From Rhizodiscina lignyota (lineage: Eukaryota), in contig ML978129.1 in NCBI GenBank assembly GCA_010015805.1, positions 124,001 through 188,000 of the forward strand: a DNA stretch of 64,000 nt. Direction: 5' to 3'. The notes beneath the pieces were generated by a model. The model saw only the letters and a list, made by a program, of their open reading frames with translations. It made no database searches and was not told where the DNA came from. Below are positions 44,884-57,698 of this stretch, piece after piece; position 1 is the stretch's first letter; each line of letters begins with the position of its first letter. The position numbers were made by a program, and so were the translations under genes.

Positions 44884-46614
44884 ATGATGAAGAAGAAAAT
44901 TGCGATCGTTGGCAGCGGCATCTCTGGCATTGGAGCACTCTATGCTCTCAAAGATACTGACCATGAAGTGCATCTCTTCGAAGCAGGAGACAGATTGGGT
45001 GGCCATACGAACACTGTAGATTTCCATCACGATGGGAAGAAGATACCGGTCGACACAGGTTTCATAGTGATGAATACCGCGACTTATCGTTAGTCTGACT
45101 CTGCCTTGCCAGTCTGGGGAGCTTACTGGACATAGCAAATTTCCTCACTTTTCTTCGACGTCTGCGTATCAACACTAAGCCGACCAATATGACTTTTGGC
45201 ATCTCTCGTGATCACGGTGCCTTTGAGTGGGCTGGAACGTCCCTCAAGACAATCTTCGCCCAATCGTCCAACCTTTTCAGCCTCAGGTTCTGGCGAATGA
45301 TTTTCGACATCGTCCGCTTCAACCAGTTTGCTCTCGACCTCCTGTCAGATGAGTCCGAGGCACTGTCGGCTCTGACCATTGGCGAGTATCTTGAACAAGA
45401 AGGCTACTCAGACGGCTTCCGTGACGACTACCTCATTCCCATGACTGCCTGCGTCTGGAGCACTGGTCCTGACAAGTGCGCTCTGGAATTCCCAGCAGTG
45501 ACGCTCGTGAGGTTCTTGTGGAACCATCATCTACTGAGCACAGTTTCTACACGACCTCTTTGGCTCACTATTCCTGGCGGATCGAAGCAATACATCGATG
45601 CAGTGCTGAAGAGCTTTCCTCGAGCAAAGATCCACCTGTCGAAGCCCGTGCGATCTCTCCTGAATGGCCCAGATGGTAGGGTAAATCTCGTGTTTGACGA
45701 GGCGGAGAACAGGACGTTTGACTATGTGATCCTGGCCTGCCATGGCGATCAGGCGATGGACATTATTTCGGCAACTGCGTCAGAGGTGGAGCAGGAGATT
45801 ATGAGCGTCTTTCAGACAACTCCCAATACGGCGTATCTGCACTCTGACACATCAGTAAGACCCCTTTCGTTATTGGTTATACTCCATTCTTTTTTCCCCA
45901 GAGGACAGCATATCTCACAGTTTCTAGCTCTTACCTAAACGCCACAGCACTTGGTCGGCCTGGAATTACCTCACGCTCTCGAGTCCTCAGAGATCACCCG
46001 CGTCTACTAAGATCAGCCCCCTGGAGTACAAAGCTCTCTCCAGCAACGGCTCCTCGAGTGGTCTGTACCACGCCTCTCCATCCGGACCCGCCGGCGCCCT
46101 CCAAAAAGTCTCGCTAACCTACAACATGAACATTCTGCAACACTTCCCCTCCCCCAAATCCACCACCCCGTCTCCATCTTCCCGCCGCGCACACATCCTC
46201 GTAACCCTCAACCCGCCCTATCCCCCGGCTCCGCACCTCACCCAAGCCGTAATCGACTATGCCCACCCACTCTACAACGCCGCCTCTATCCACGCGCAAA
46301 AAAGACTGGAAGAGATCCAAGGCGTCCGTGGAATCTACTACTGTGGCGCGTGGACGGGCTACGGCTTCCACGAGGACGGGTTCAGGAGTGGGATCGAAGT
46401 CGCGACTCGGATGGAGTTGGGTGGTCTGGTGAGTTGGCAGATTCAGGATGCGCGGGCGGCTCGGGGAGTGAAGCCGGCGTCATCGTGGCAGGACTCTCTA
46501 GCTAGGATCATGATTCTCGTGGTATTGATTCTGATTAGAATCGTGGCAAGGATTGGTAGTGGTCTGGGTGTAGGTGGAGGACGGGAGGGAGGAATGCGGG
46601 TGAAGAAGAGGTGA
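44884..46614 (+). CDS. FAD-dependent oxidoreductase (amine-oxidase-like, COG2907-type); introns 45089-45135 and 45855-45927
   Basis: KKIAIVGSGISG, RLGGHTNT, VDTGFIVMNTATY|PNF, YLIPMTACVWS, HSDTS|LLPKR...WSAWNY, TYNMNILQ and GAWTGYGFHEDG, plus a C-terminal hydrophobic tail. Confidence 0.9.
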
Positions 46615-47732
46615 CACAAATCACTTATAGTCGATAGCGCCTACAACAAAGCAAGCATTCAAGTTTTTCAAAGGGCTGATATCATTATACACACTCTGAA
46701 TAACGTAGAATTGAGCTTTCAGAGACAGCCTTGTTTACTTGAAGTGTAAGAGACGCTCGACTCTAGTCATTACGACTTGCTTCGGCAGTTAGCCATTCTG
46801 TCACCCTCTAAGCATTCACTGCACCCTGTACTTCATACGTCGTATCAGACCAAGGTCGGTGTATGCGCGGTACACCAATGTTCGCTCGTTGCTCAAGAAT
46901 CTCTGGGAGAACGATGCCTCCGAGAGACAAGTATCTTCACGTGTCAGGTACGGTGAACCGGATAGTAGTTTCTATATCCTGATACTGATTTCGCTCTAGA
47001 GCCGTTAAGTTGAAAGCAAGAAGCACCCTCGACTGTGACAATTTACCCGTAGCGCTGAACAGGTCCGACCTAGCCTCTGCGCCCAATAAAGCGCAAGACG
47101 CTTTCAACGGTATGTTAAACACTCCGACAAGGAAGAGCCAAGTTTTCAGAGACAAGTCTCGCTGACCATGTGAGAATTAGTTGCCTTTGAGCGGTATAGC
47201 TTGCCTCTCGACAGCTATTTCGTCACTCTCGAGGCATCCCACGACGCCTATCTTATGTGCACCGGCTCCGGATTTTCACACGAGTAGTCAGAAGAGGCAC
47301 CGAAGAATGCCACCACAAGTCATTTGTTGAACTTCGTCCCCTTGAGAATGCTAATATTACAATCTGTGTGAAAAGAAAGGTCGGCCAGCAGCCTCAATGG
47401 CGGCCCAGCCCAAGGGGGAAGAAAAGAACCAAAGGTACCAGCTCATGCTTTGCTCATCCCACGCATGCACGAAATCGAAAGTCGTATCAGTTTCAGCTCC
47501 GGGCACCCCCATATGCACTCTTTTTGGAGCCAGAGCCGTGAGAAAGGAGAAAAAGAAAGAGCACACATCTCGTCCAGTTTCAGCTCCCTCCCCCGTATGA
47601 TGCACTCTTCGCCAGAGCAAGAGCCAGAGCCGTTAGAAAAGAGAAGAGAAGAAAACAAGCGCACCATCATCAAAAACCCATCTCGTCAAAAGTCGAAAGT
47701 TGAGTAAGGCTACTCCCTGCAAAGCAGAAAGC

Positions 47733-50579
47733 TTACTCCTCCTCACTCTCGCTCTCATCGTCGTCATCATCATCGCTGTCGCGCGCACTGCTGCCGCTGC
47801 CGTTCACGCCACCCACTGCACCAACGCCAGATTGACCTTGAAAGTTTTCAAGTTTAGCCTTGATTTCTGCAATCTTGCGCTCCTGTTCGGCCGCGCCCAT
47901 GGGCTTATTCTTCTTCCTACCTGGACCGGCAGTGCCACCGCGCGCCTTGGACGGAGGCAAGAATTCATCGTCGTCAGGCTCGTCGAAGGCACCGGCGTCG
48001 ACAGCCGAAGAAATCATGGAGGGCTTGCTCGCCTTGTTGAGTTGGCGGACGAAGCGGTAGAGGTCGTACACGACGGCATCGGGGATCTCGTCGATATCGA
48101 GCTCGAGCTCGTCGTCGTTGACATTCTGCCAGAACTATGTCAGACGGATCTTTTCCATCGCATAAAATAGAGATTCGAGACTCACCTGGAGGTGTGGGAC
48201 GCCATTGCGGATGATCTGCACTGCCTTCCTCATGCCCACATCGTCCAACAGTCCGATGCCCTCACTAACTTCGCGCTTCTGCTCTTGGGTAAGTTTCGGT
48301 ATCTTTTTCTCCTTTTTGGGCTTGGAGGACTTTGATACCGCTTTGCTAATGTCAACGTTGCTGTCGCTACGTTTCACCTTCTTATTACTGCTAGGTTTTG
48401 CGTTCTTTCCCTTCTTCCCAACCTTTGCTCCTGGGCTAGGACGCTTCGTGCCCACAGTCGCGACAATCTGAGTCATCTCGGCGTGAAGCGCAGCGATCTG
48501 CTTCTGAAGCGAGTCAAGGCGGTTGGTCTGGATTTCTTCGCTGGGTGCATCGTCCTCGTCTTCCTCTTCCTCATCGGCTTCTTCTTCCTCATCCTCACTG
48601 CGCGGCTCACTCTGCGGTGCGTGCTCATTGATCCACTCGTCCTTCTCAGTCCACAGCTGCTTGAAGAGCTCCTCGGTTTTCTTGCCGCAGCTGTACACAA
48701 AGTCGCCCTCCATATTGAACTTGAAGCAATTCTTTAGCATCAGCTCAACGTGCTCCTTGAACTCCTTTGCCGAGACGTATTGGCCATTCTTGAGGTTCTG
48801 CTCGACAGTCGACAGGTCCATAGGCTTCTTGATGACGTTGTGGTAGTTCGGGATGTTCAGGGCGACGGGATCAACAGGCTTATAGAATGGATAGACGAAT
48901 TCGTAGTTCTTCTTGTCATAAAGCTGCTTCAGGGCGTACTCGCAGAACTTGAGCTCCATCTGCGACTTCTTCTTGCGCGGCCGTGGATTGCTGTAAGGTA
49001 GATCCTTTGGCGCGGGGCGGTGGATCTCACGCTTGGGGCGGCCATCTGCGGCAGAATCTCGACGGATTAGAGGAACGCCATCCACCAGTGCGAAGGTATT
49101 CGATGGGGAGCTTGCACTGCCAGGTTGTTGCGCTGCTGCTGCTGTTGCGGCGGCAGCAGGTACAGTACGTTGGGTGTCACGCCTCGGAAGTGACGTACGC
49201 TTCTCTGGTGCAGGTTTCTTCGCCTTCTTCGGGACATCTTCGGATGGCTCCTCGCCCTTCTTAGGCAAATGTATCAGAGTCTTGACGAAATAAGACCGCA
49301 AGTTTTCACCAGCCAGATAGACGGCGTGTGTCGGGCCGTTGAACGCCTTGGCATTGTCGATCATAAGGTAGAAATCTTTAACGACCTCATCAACAGAGGT
49401 ATACTTATCAGTCTTGAGCTTCTCTTCGAGAGTGGTGATATCCATGGGGTTCTTGACGATCTCGAAGTATGTAGGGATGTTCAATGCGACTGGATCAACC
49501 GGCGTGAGAAAAGCAGCCGAGTTCTTGACTTTCTTCGTCTTGCGCACCTGCTCCAGCAGATACTTCTTCTGCGGCGCTGACATGGGTGTTGAGTCGAACG
49601 ACTGTTGGATCTCGGGCGCTGGTGTCACTGGTGTCTCCATAGAGCCACCAAAACCACCAACGGGAGGAGCATTAGCAACAGAAGTGTCGACAGTAATGCC
49701 GTTACCAGTGGGTTCATCTGCAGGAGGAGCTTCTGTAGTAGCGGTTGCTGAAGTCTCGAGAACACCGTTGCTGGTCGGTTCCGCGGCGGCAGTGTTAACC
49801 TCTGGCTCTGTGATGCCGTTGCCCATTATGACATCAACTGCACCATCTGTCGCAGCAGCAGTAGAAGTCGCCTCGTTGCCTTCACCAAAGATCGAGTTTG
49901 ACTGTTCAGGAACGGCAGTAGAAATTCCTGCCATGTTGTCTTCTTGAGGTGTGTCGGTGGAAGCGGCGTTCGAAGGTGCAGGAAGGTTGTTGAGGGCGGG
50001 AAGATCTGTATTTGTAGTGTTCGGAAGTTCTGTGGAGTCGGTGCCTGGTGGCGCATCCGTGTCTAGCCTTACGCGTTTGGAGGGGCGCTCTTCCTCTTCT
50101 TCTTCTTCTTCTTCCTCCTCCTCCTCTTCGAGTGACGCGATCGTGTTAAAAGTTTGAGGAGCTTCCTCAGACTTAGGCGCTTCACTCTCAGGCTGTGCCT
50201 TGGGTGGCTCAGCAATCTCTTGTGAAGGCGGATTTATGGTTTCTGCCTGGGCTGGCGCGGATTCGAGAGGCTGCTCTGAGGCTGCAATAATTTCAGTTTG
50301 CGCTGGCGCGCTTTCAGACGGCTCTTCGAGCACACGCTTGTTGTCGGCGAACGCGTTGGTGTTGTCAACACCATCTGTTTGCGCCGACGTGGAAGGTAAA
50401 TCATCGATCTGCATTTCCGTGGTAACGCGGTCGTCCTCCGGAGCAGGCGCGGTGGCGTGTGTGGGCGCGTCAATCTAAGTGTCAAATGTTAACGCGAACA
50501 AATACTTAAAAGTGTGGACGCGACGAGAAAAACTCACGCTCATCTGCATTGGCTCAGGCTCGGGGTGGATGACCTCCAT
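47733..50579 (-). CDS. BDF1: BET-family double-bromodomain/ET protein Bdf1; introns 50475-50537 and 48126-48185
   Basis: Two bromodomains (PVDPVALNIPTYFEIVKNPMD; PVDPVALNIPNYHNVIKKPMDL) and an ET domain (QEQKREVSEGI...|NVNDDELELDIDEIP). Short first exon MEVIHPEPEPMQMS. Confidence 0.95.
50088..50129 (-). repeat. GAA/GAG microsatellite encoding poly-Glu (~14 residues) in BDF1
   Basis: A (TTC/CTC)n run on the plus strand. Confidence 0.85.
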
Positions 50580-51623
50580 GTTTGAAATTGTCCGAAAGCG
50601 GTAATGCTCGAGAAGTTCAAGGAAGGTGGTTGGAGCGGAAGCGAGAAACGGCGCCTTGGTGTTCTTGACGCGATCTGAAACGCGGCAAGAGGCGACCTAG
50701 CCTGAGCTGCGCTGCGCCCTGATTGGCCCGCCGCCTGCACCGCCGGTCCCGTGACCTTCAAGCGCACGAGGCCAGTGGCGAATGGAAGCGCGCAGATTCG
50801 AGAGCGCGAGTTAGAGAGTCGCCACTGCAAATGGCGGTGATGAACTATGACGCGCCGTGTATGCGCGCAACGGAATGCTGTTCGCTGCAGAAGCGCGCGT
50901 GAAGCGGTGTTGCCAAATCCGTGCGCGACCGCTGAGGCAGAAATGAAGTGTAGTTGACGTGAAGAGTGCAGCTAATAAAAGCGACCCGAGGAGATTTATA
51001 TCGCGGAACGGAGTGAAGCCACCGTTGAGAATCTTGACCGAGCCAAGGCGCGCCACGTGAAGATCACGAGCCGGGAGTGTTAAGGTTGCGGCGCAAATAG
51101 TGAAAAGGCGACTGGAATGCGCGCGTGTTTGCGGCAGGCTGTCGGCCTTTTTGAAAGAAAACAAAAATCCGGTGTTTGGGCGTGCGTGGTGTCGCGTCTG
51201 GTGCGTCAGCGATTCAGTCGCGAAAAATTGCGGTGGGAGGGCGTCTGCGGTGGAGCGAATCGGTGCAGAGCGGATTTAAGTGGTGCTCGACTTGGAATTT
51301 TTCCAAACGTCAACACCGGCGCAGCTCGGGGAGGCATTCGCTGCCTTTATGAACCAAACCAAGTCCACGCTTAAGGGGCCACGCTGAGCCGAGCCCCGCT
51401 ATGCCGCACCGGGCCTAGCGCCGCCCATCCCTGCAAAGCCGCGAAAAACTCCAATCGAGTGCTTTGGTGCTCCATCAACCACCGCAAATTCTGGCGGAGC
51501 CACTTCTTACCTGAAAGGCGGCTCAGCTGCTCTGTTTTTATCTCATGTAAGTTCAGCCTGTCGCAATACCGTGTCACTCTTACCTCGAGGAGGCCTCACG
51601 CCTCGCGAACCAATTTTTCCACC

Positions 51624-53084
51624 ATGGTGGCTGCAATTTCGTCCCGCACTCGACACTCCGACGACGCCAAAGAATCCACAATGAAGCCGAACAAGCGGCA
51701 GAAACATTCTCACAACGCACAACCAGGCGATGTGGAGTCATTAACCAATGGCAAGGACCTGGTGGCACATTTGATGGACAGATGGGCAGAACGGGACAAG
51801 ATCAAATATAATGAGTCGCGTGCTGTCGTCACAAGCGGAGCTGCCAATGGTGATGTCAACATGCCAGATGCAAAGGCTGATGTCGTCGAGATCTCCAGCG
51901 ACTCTTCCTCTGAAGAAGACAGTGAAGACGACGATGAGAACGATGAAGACGAGAAGGAAAATGAGGAGCAGGAGCCTGAGAGGCTGAAGGCCAAAAAATC
52001 TCAGCGGTGGAAAGACGAGAAAACCGTTGCAGGGCTCGAGCGCCAGAGAGCCTATGAGGAACGGCAGAAAGCACGCGAGGCGGAAGACGATGACGAAGAT
52101 GCAGCACCTTCATTTGGCGAGATATTAGCGCAGGAGGACTCAGCCGAACCCATCGACGTCGAAGCCGCATTTCAAGACGAAGAAGCACCGAATCAGCTTG
52201 TTCCCGCCCAAGGAGCAAAGCTACCAACTTCTTCAGCGCCCAACGCCCTCACGCTGACCACAGTCCTGACTCAGGCGCTGAAGACGAATGACCGTGAACT
52301 CCTCGAATCCTGTTTCGCCCTCCAAGACATCGAGTCCATTCGCTCAACTATCGAAAAACTACCGTCCTACCACGTTGGCACATTAGTACAGAGACTTGCA
52401 GAGAAAATGTACAGAAAACCAGGCAGAGCGGGAATTCTGATGGTTTGGGTGCAATGGAGCTTGGTTAGCCATGGTGGCTATCTGGCGGCCAATCAGGATG
52501 TGATGAAGGTGCTGTCGAAGCTCAAGACGGTCATCAATGAGAGAGCTGGAGCATTCATTCCATTGCAAGGTTTGAAAGGAAGGCTCGATATGCTGAGTGC
52601 GCAGTTGCAATTGAGAAAGAGTGTTCAAACACAGGTGCAAAATAGTCGAGGAGGTCAAGATCAAGGTGCTGTGATATATGTTGAGGGCGAGGATGAAGAA
52701 TCATCGGAAGAGGACGACGAGTCCGACGAAGGCGACAATACCGGACGAAAAACGAAGCCATTCTCGAAACGGGTAGAGATGCGCACCGCATCTATAATGG
52801 ACTTCGGCGAGCCAGAAACCAGTGGCGATGAGGGTGACATGCCCAATGGCGTTGAGAGCGGCTCCAGCATCGGAGAAGAAGACAGTGAAGACGAAGGGGA
52901 TCTGATCGATGACGAGGCCGAAGAATCCGACGATGGCGCAGGCGACGAAGAAGAATCAGCCAATGAGTTCGAAGACATCGCCGGCGAAGACCTCTCCGAA
53001 GCGGAAGACGAAGAAGAGCACATACCGCTCAAGCGGAGCAGCGCGATGCAGAGCAGAAAGGGAGGCTTTTCACGACGACAATGA
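51624..53084 (+). CDS. UTP5: SSU processome subunit with Utp12/NUC189 domain (Utp5-like)
   Basis: LTTVLTQALKTNDRELLESC...RKPGRAGILMVWVQWSLVSHGGYL...LKGRLDMLSAQL flanked by acidic tracts. ATG in CCACCATGG context. Confidence 0.8.
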   Translation: MVAAISSRTRHSDDAKESTMKPNKRQKHSHNAQPGDVESLTNGKDLVAHLMDRWAERDKIKYNESRAVVTSGAANGDVNMPDAKADVVEISSDSSSEEDSEDDDENDEDEKENEEQEPERLKAKKSQRWKDEKTVAGLERQRAYEERQKAREAEDDDEDAAPSFGEILAQEDSAEPIDVEAAFQDEEAPNQLVPAQGAKLPTSSAPNALTLTTVLTQALKTNDRELLESCFALQDIESIRSTIEKLPSYHVGTLVQRLAEKMYRKPGRAGILMVWVQWSLVSHGGYLAANQDVMKVLSKLKTVINERAGAFIPLQGLKGRLDMLSAQLQLRKSVQTQVQNSRGGQDQGAVIYVEGEDEESSEEDDESDEGDNTGRKTKPFSKRVEMRTASIMDFGEPETSGDEGDMPNGVESGSSIGEEDSEDEGDLIDDEAEESDDGAGDEEESANEFEDIAGEDLSEAEDEEEHIPLKRSSAMQSRKGGFSRRQ

Positions 53085-53705
53085 TTTTGCTTTCGGTATC
53101 AAAAGTTACGGCCTTCGTTCATTTAATGCATGGCCTGGTGTGGTTTGGATTTTATGTCCGGTAGATATCATCAGCATGAGGACATGAGTGGGCGTTGCTT
53201 TGCGCTGCGATTCGATACCCATGAGGACATGAGTGCATGATATCATCCTCTTCTTGCATTGTCGGCGTTACTAATATCTATGGTAGCTCAGTTGGTGCTC
53301 TTTGCTTTGTTCCTATTAGAGGATGGCCAAACCATAGCGAATTCAGCGTACGATTACGACCTTCCCCGAATCCAGCACTCTCTTTTCTGAACGTTCTTCT
53401 TTGGCCTACGCTCTCTCGCTCCCACATAGAATCTCCTTCACCTAATGTCGAAACTCAGTTTCTTTGTTTTGCGTTAACAACTGCATTGTTTTCCCTTTGT
53501 TTCCACACCACAACCTTCCCAATGGCAAATGTTACTGGCAGCTCACTCACTCCAACTTACCTCAAAACCATGGGATTCATCATGTGCTATTCCTCCTCTC
53601 CAGTCGCCTTCGTGCACTATCCATCTCCACATCTTCCGTGGGGTCTTGATCGCATCGACATCCCATCGTCGGTCGTCCCTAGACCGCCAGCACCCTTAGC
53701 CTCCC

Positions 53706-55004
53706 ATGCCATCCTTCCCCATACCTCCAGGCCATTCTGGCCGGCCTCTGAGTCCCGTCTCATTCGCGTCGTTTACGCCGGACCACCGTTTTCCGCCTAG
53801 AACTTATATCACACGCGGCTATCACGATCCCGCGCAGAACGGTATCTACAAACCCCTTCCTCCAGCTCCACTGCGACCAGCAAGGCCCAGCATCACCTCC
53901 CGAGATCGTGTGGAGGATCTAGCAACGCTCGCGTACTCCAGTCGGCCGCCCATTGAGACGTGTCACTCACTGTATGAGTTCGCGCCGCCGGCGACAGCAC
54001 CGCCGCAGAAGCCGTTGCCTTTGCCCCCATTGCCAAAGCCGCAGTGGTTGACGTATGATGGGACTCAGAGACCGGCGTATGGCAAGAGGATTTCGTTCAT
54101 TGCTGATCAGATGGCGATGGGTGCTGGAGCAGACGCAGCTCCTCCAGTACGACCAAAGTTGAACAGACGCAGCATGACGACGGCTAACATGTTAGCCCAC
54201 GAGGCGATGGGTGATGTGTCGGACAGGGTTCATCCTTCGGTGAAGTCTATCGGCTCTGACGGGAACTTGACAAAGAGGAGATCGATGACTAACCATTTGG
54301 CTGATGAGGCGATAGGCCTTGTTTCGCCAAAGCCTCGCGATTCTGTCATAAGCCAAGGAAACAGGAATTCGATGAGCACGGCCAATATATTGGCGGAGGA
54401 GGCAGTCGACTACCTGTCAGCAGGGTCCAGCAGCTCTAATGAGAGGTACAGAGTGACCGCGCGATGCACAAGAGCGCCAAGCGTCACGAAGCTAGGAAAC
54501 AGGGGGTACTATGCTGCGTATCTTGATGCGGTTGAGGCATTCAATGAGGCTAGCCGCACCAACAATTGGCGCGACAGCAAGGCAGTCGAAGTGCAGGTCC
54601 CCTCGTCGAGTGATGAAGGGAAAGCTGACCCCGAGTCTAAGCCCAGCGCCAGTACTAGATCAGAGCATCCATCGCCGAATGACGCAGGGAAAGACGACCC
54701 CGAACCTGCGCCCATCTCCGCGTGGTCGGACTGGGACAGCGATGAGGATGAAGAAGAAGACGACAAGGTAAGTGTAAAGGAGATTGATCCGAATGCATTT
54801 GGGCGTAAGATGTACAGTCACATGAGAGAGGGGATGCCCGGATGGGACGAGTATGTCCAGCAGATGCTGGCTGAGAGCCGCGGGCTCAAGAAACGAGAGG
54901 CGGTTAACCACAAGCGCACGAGATCGCGCTCGAGCTCTTTTCATGAGATTGAGCAGAGCATGACGAAGCTGGTGAGGAGGCTGAGCGCCAAGAAGACCAA
55001 GTGA
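53706..55004 (+). CDS. Hypothetical Pro/Ser-rich protein
   Basis: 432-codon ORF with internal degenerate repeats (RRSMTTANMLAHEAM / RRSMTNHLADEAI / RNSMSTANILAEEAV). No family recognised. Confidence 0.65.
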   Translation: MPSFPIPPGHSGRPLSPVSFASFTPDHRFPPRTYITRGYHDPAQNGIYKPLPPAPLRPARPSITSRDRVEDLATLAYSSRPPIETCHSLYEFAPPATAPPQKPLPLPPLPKPQWLTYDGTQRPAYGKRISFIADQMAMGAGADAAPPVRPKLNRRSMTTANMLAHEAMGDVSDRVHPSVKSIGSDGNLTKRRSMTNHLADEAIGLVSPKPRDSVISQGNRNSMSTANILAEEAVDYLSAGSSSSNERYRVTARCTRAPSVTKLGNRGYYAAYLDAVEAFNEASRTNNWRDSKAVEVQVPSSSDEGKADPESKPSASTRSEHPSPNDAGKDDPEPAPISAWSDWDSDEDEEEDDKVSVKEIDPNAFGRKMYSHMREGMPGWDEYVQQMLAESRGLKKREAVNHKRTRSRSSSFHEIEQSMTKLVRRLSAKKTK

Positions 55005-55653
55005 AGAACTCTCCTTTGTTATTACGTTCTTGTTGATTTCGGGCGTTCTTGGAGTTATGTCGTGGTTTGATACCCCAGGATGCACCTTCTTCGTACATTT
55101 CATTTGTCTTGTCTTAGAATTTCCAGCCTACAAATTATAAAATGAAACAGCTTTTGCTCGTTAACGAATGGTTCGCTTGATATTGCCGGTGAGAAACATG
55201 CACTTTCATACAGCGTACATTGACACCCAACCTTTCAATGATATTGGTAACACGTCAAATGTGAGGCATAAGAATCTTAGGACAAGAACTCGTAGCATCG
55301 AACTTACCTTGACTTTGTAGAGAAGACAGCCAGTAAGATTGGTACCATCTCCACAGGCAGTAAAATAGAGAAAATGAAAGATGCAAGCCGAAATTGGAAC
55401 ACTATTTGGACAATGTGGGACAGGAAAGATGGGCAGGGCCAACAGGAAATATAACCCTACTTGCTTTGCGCATGTGGAGGTAAAGAAAAAGACCCAGCTG
55501 ATGATAGAATCGTACTTGAACTACATGTGTACGAAGGCAAAGGAAGAGGGCCGGTTCGAGTTGAAGCCATGTCTCCACTGTGTGTTGATCGTCGGGGAAG
55601 AATGACATGCAGCCACTTGAGATATGGTAGAGTAGCCGTGATAGACGCGATAG

Positions 55654-57272
<1,619 letters not shown>

Positions 57273-57698
57273 GCTATAGCTTCCGGCCACGGCATATTGG
57301 GATTTGAATTGCATTTTCAGCGGTACACTTCGGGTTCTCATGGATTACTGTATGATACCTCTGCCACTAGAGGCGTTTGATGGGAAAAGTTGGCCGTTTG
57401 GGACGGCATTTCCGGAAGTAGAGGTCATTATATTCCAGAGCAATCTAAATGCCAATGCCCCGATTCATATTCTGCAGTATAGTCTAATATCAGTGACACG
57501 ATCGCGTGCTCTTAAGCTCCTCATTACGCGTCGCGTGGCCCTCGGCAGGTTCCGCAGCTTGGACTCCGCAAATGTTAATAAAAGCTCTCAGGAACGACAA
57601 CCGATATCTCATCACGTATTGAGCACACTCGAGCGCCAGTTGCAGAAAAAGACACGCGGTTCATAAGAGCATGAATTTCTGGGCGAGACATTGGCACA

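Noticed and set aside
53175..53235. CRISPR-like repeat-spacer-repeat
   Set aside because: Only two 16-nt copies, eukaryotic context and no cas genes.
53281..53300. TAGCTCAGTTGGT, resembling a tRNA D-arm / A-box
   Set aside because: No matching D-stem 3' strand, anticodon arm, TTCGA T-loop at the right spacing or acceptor stem.
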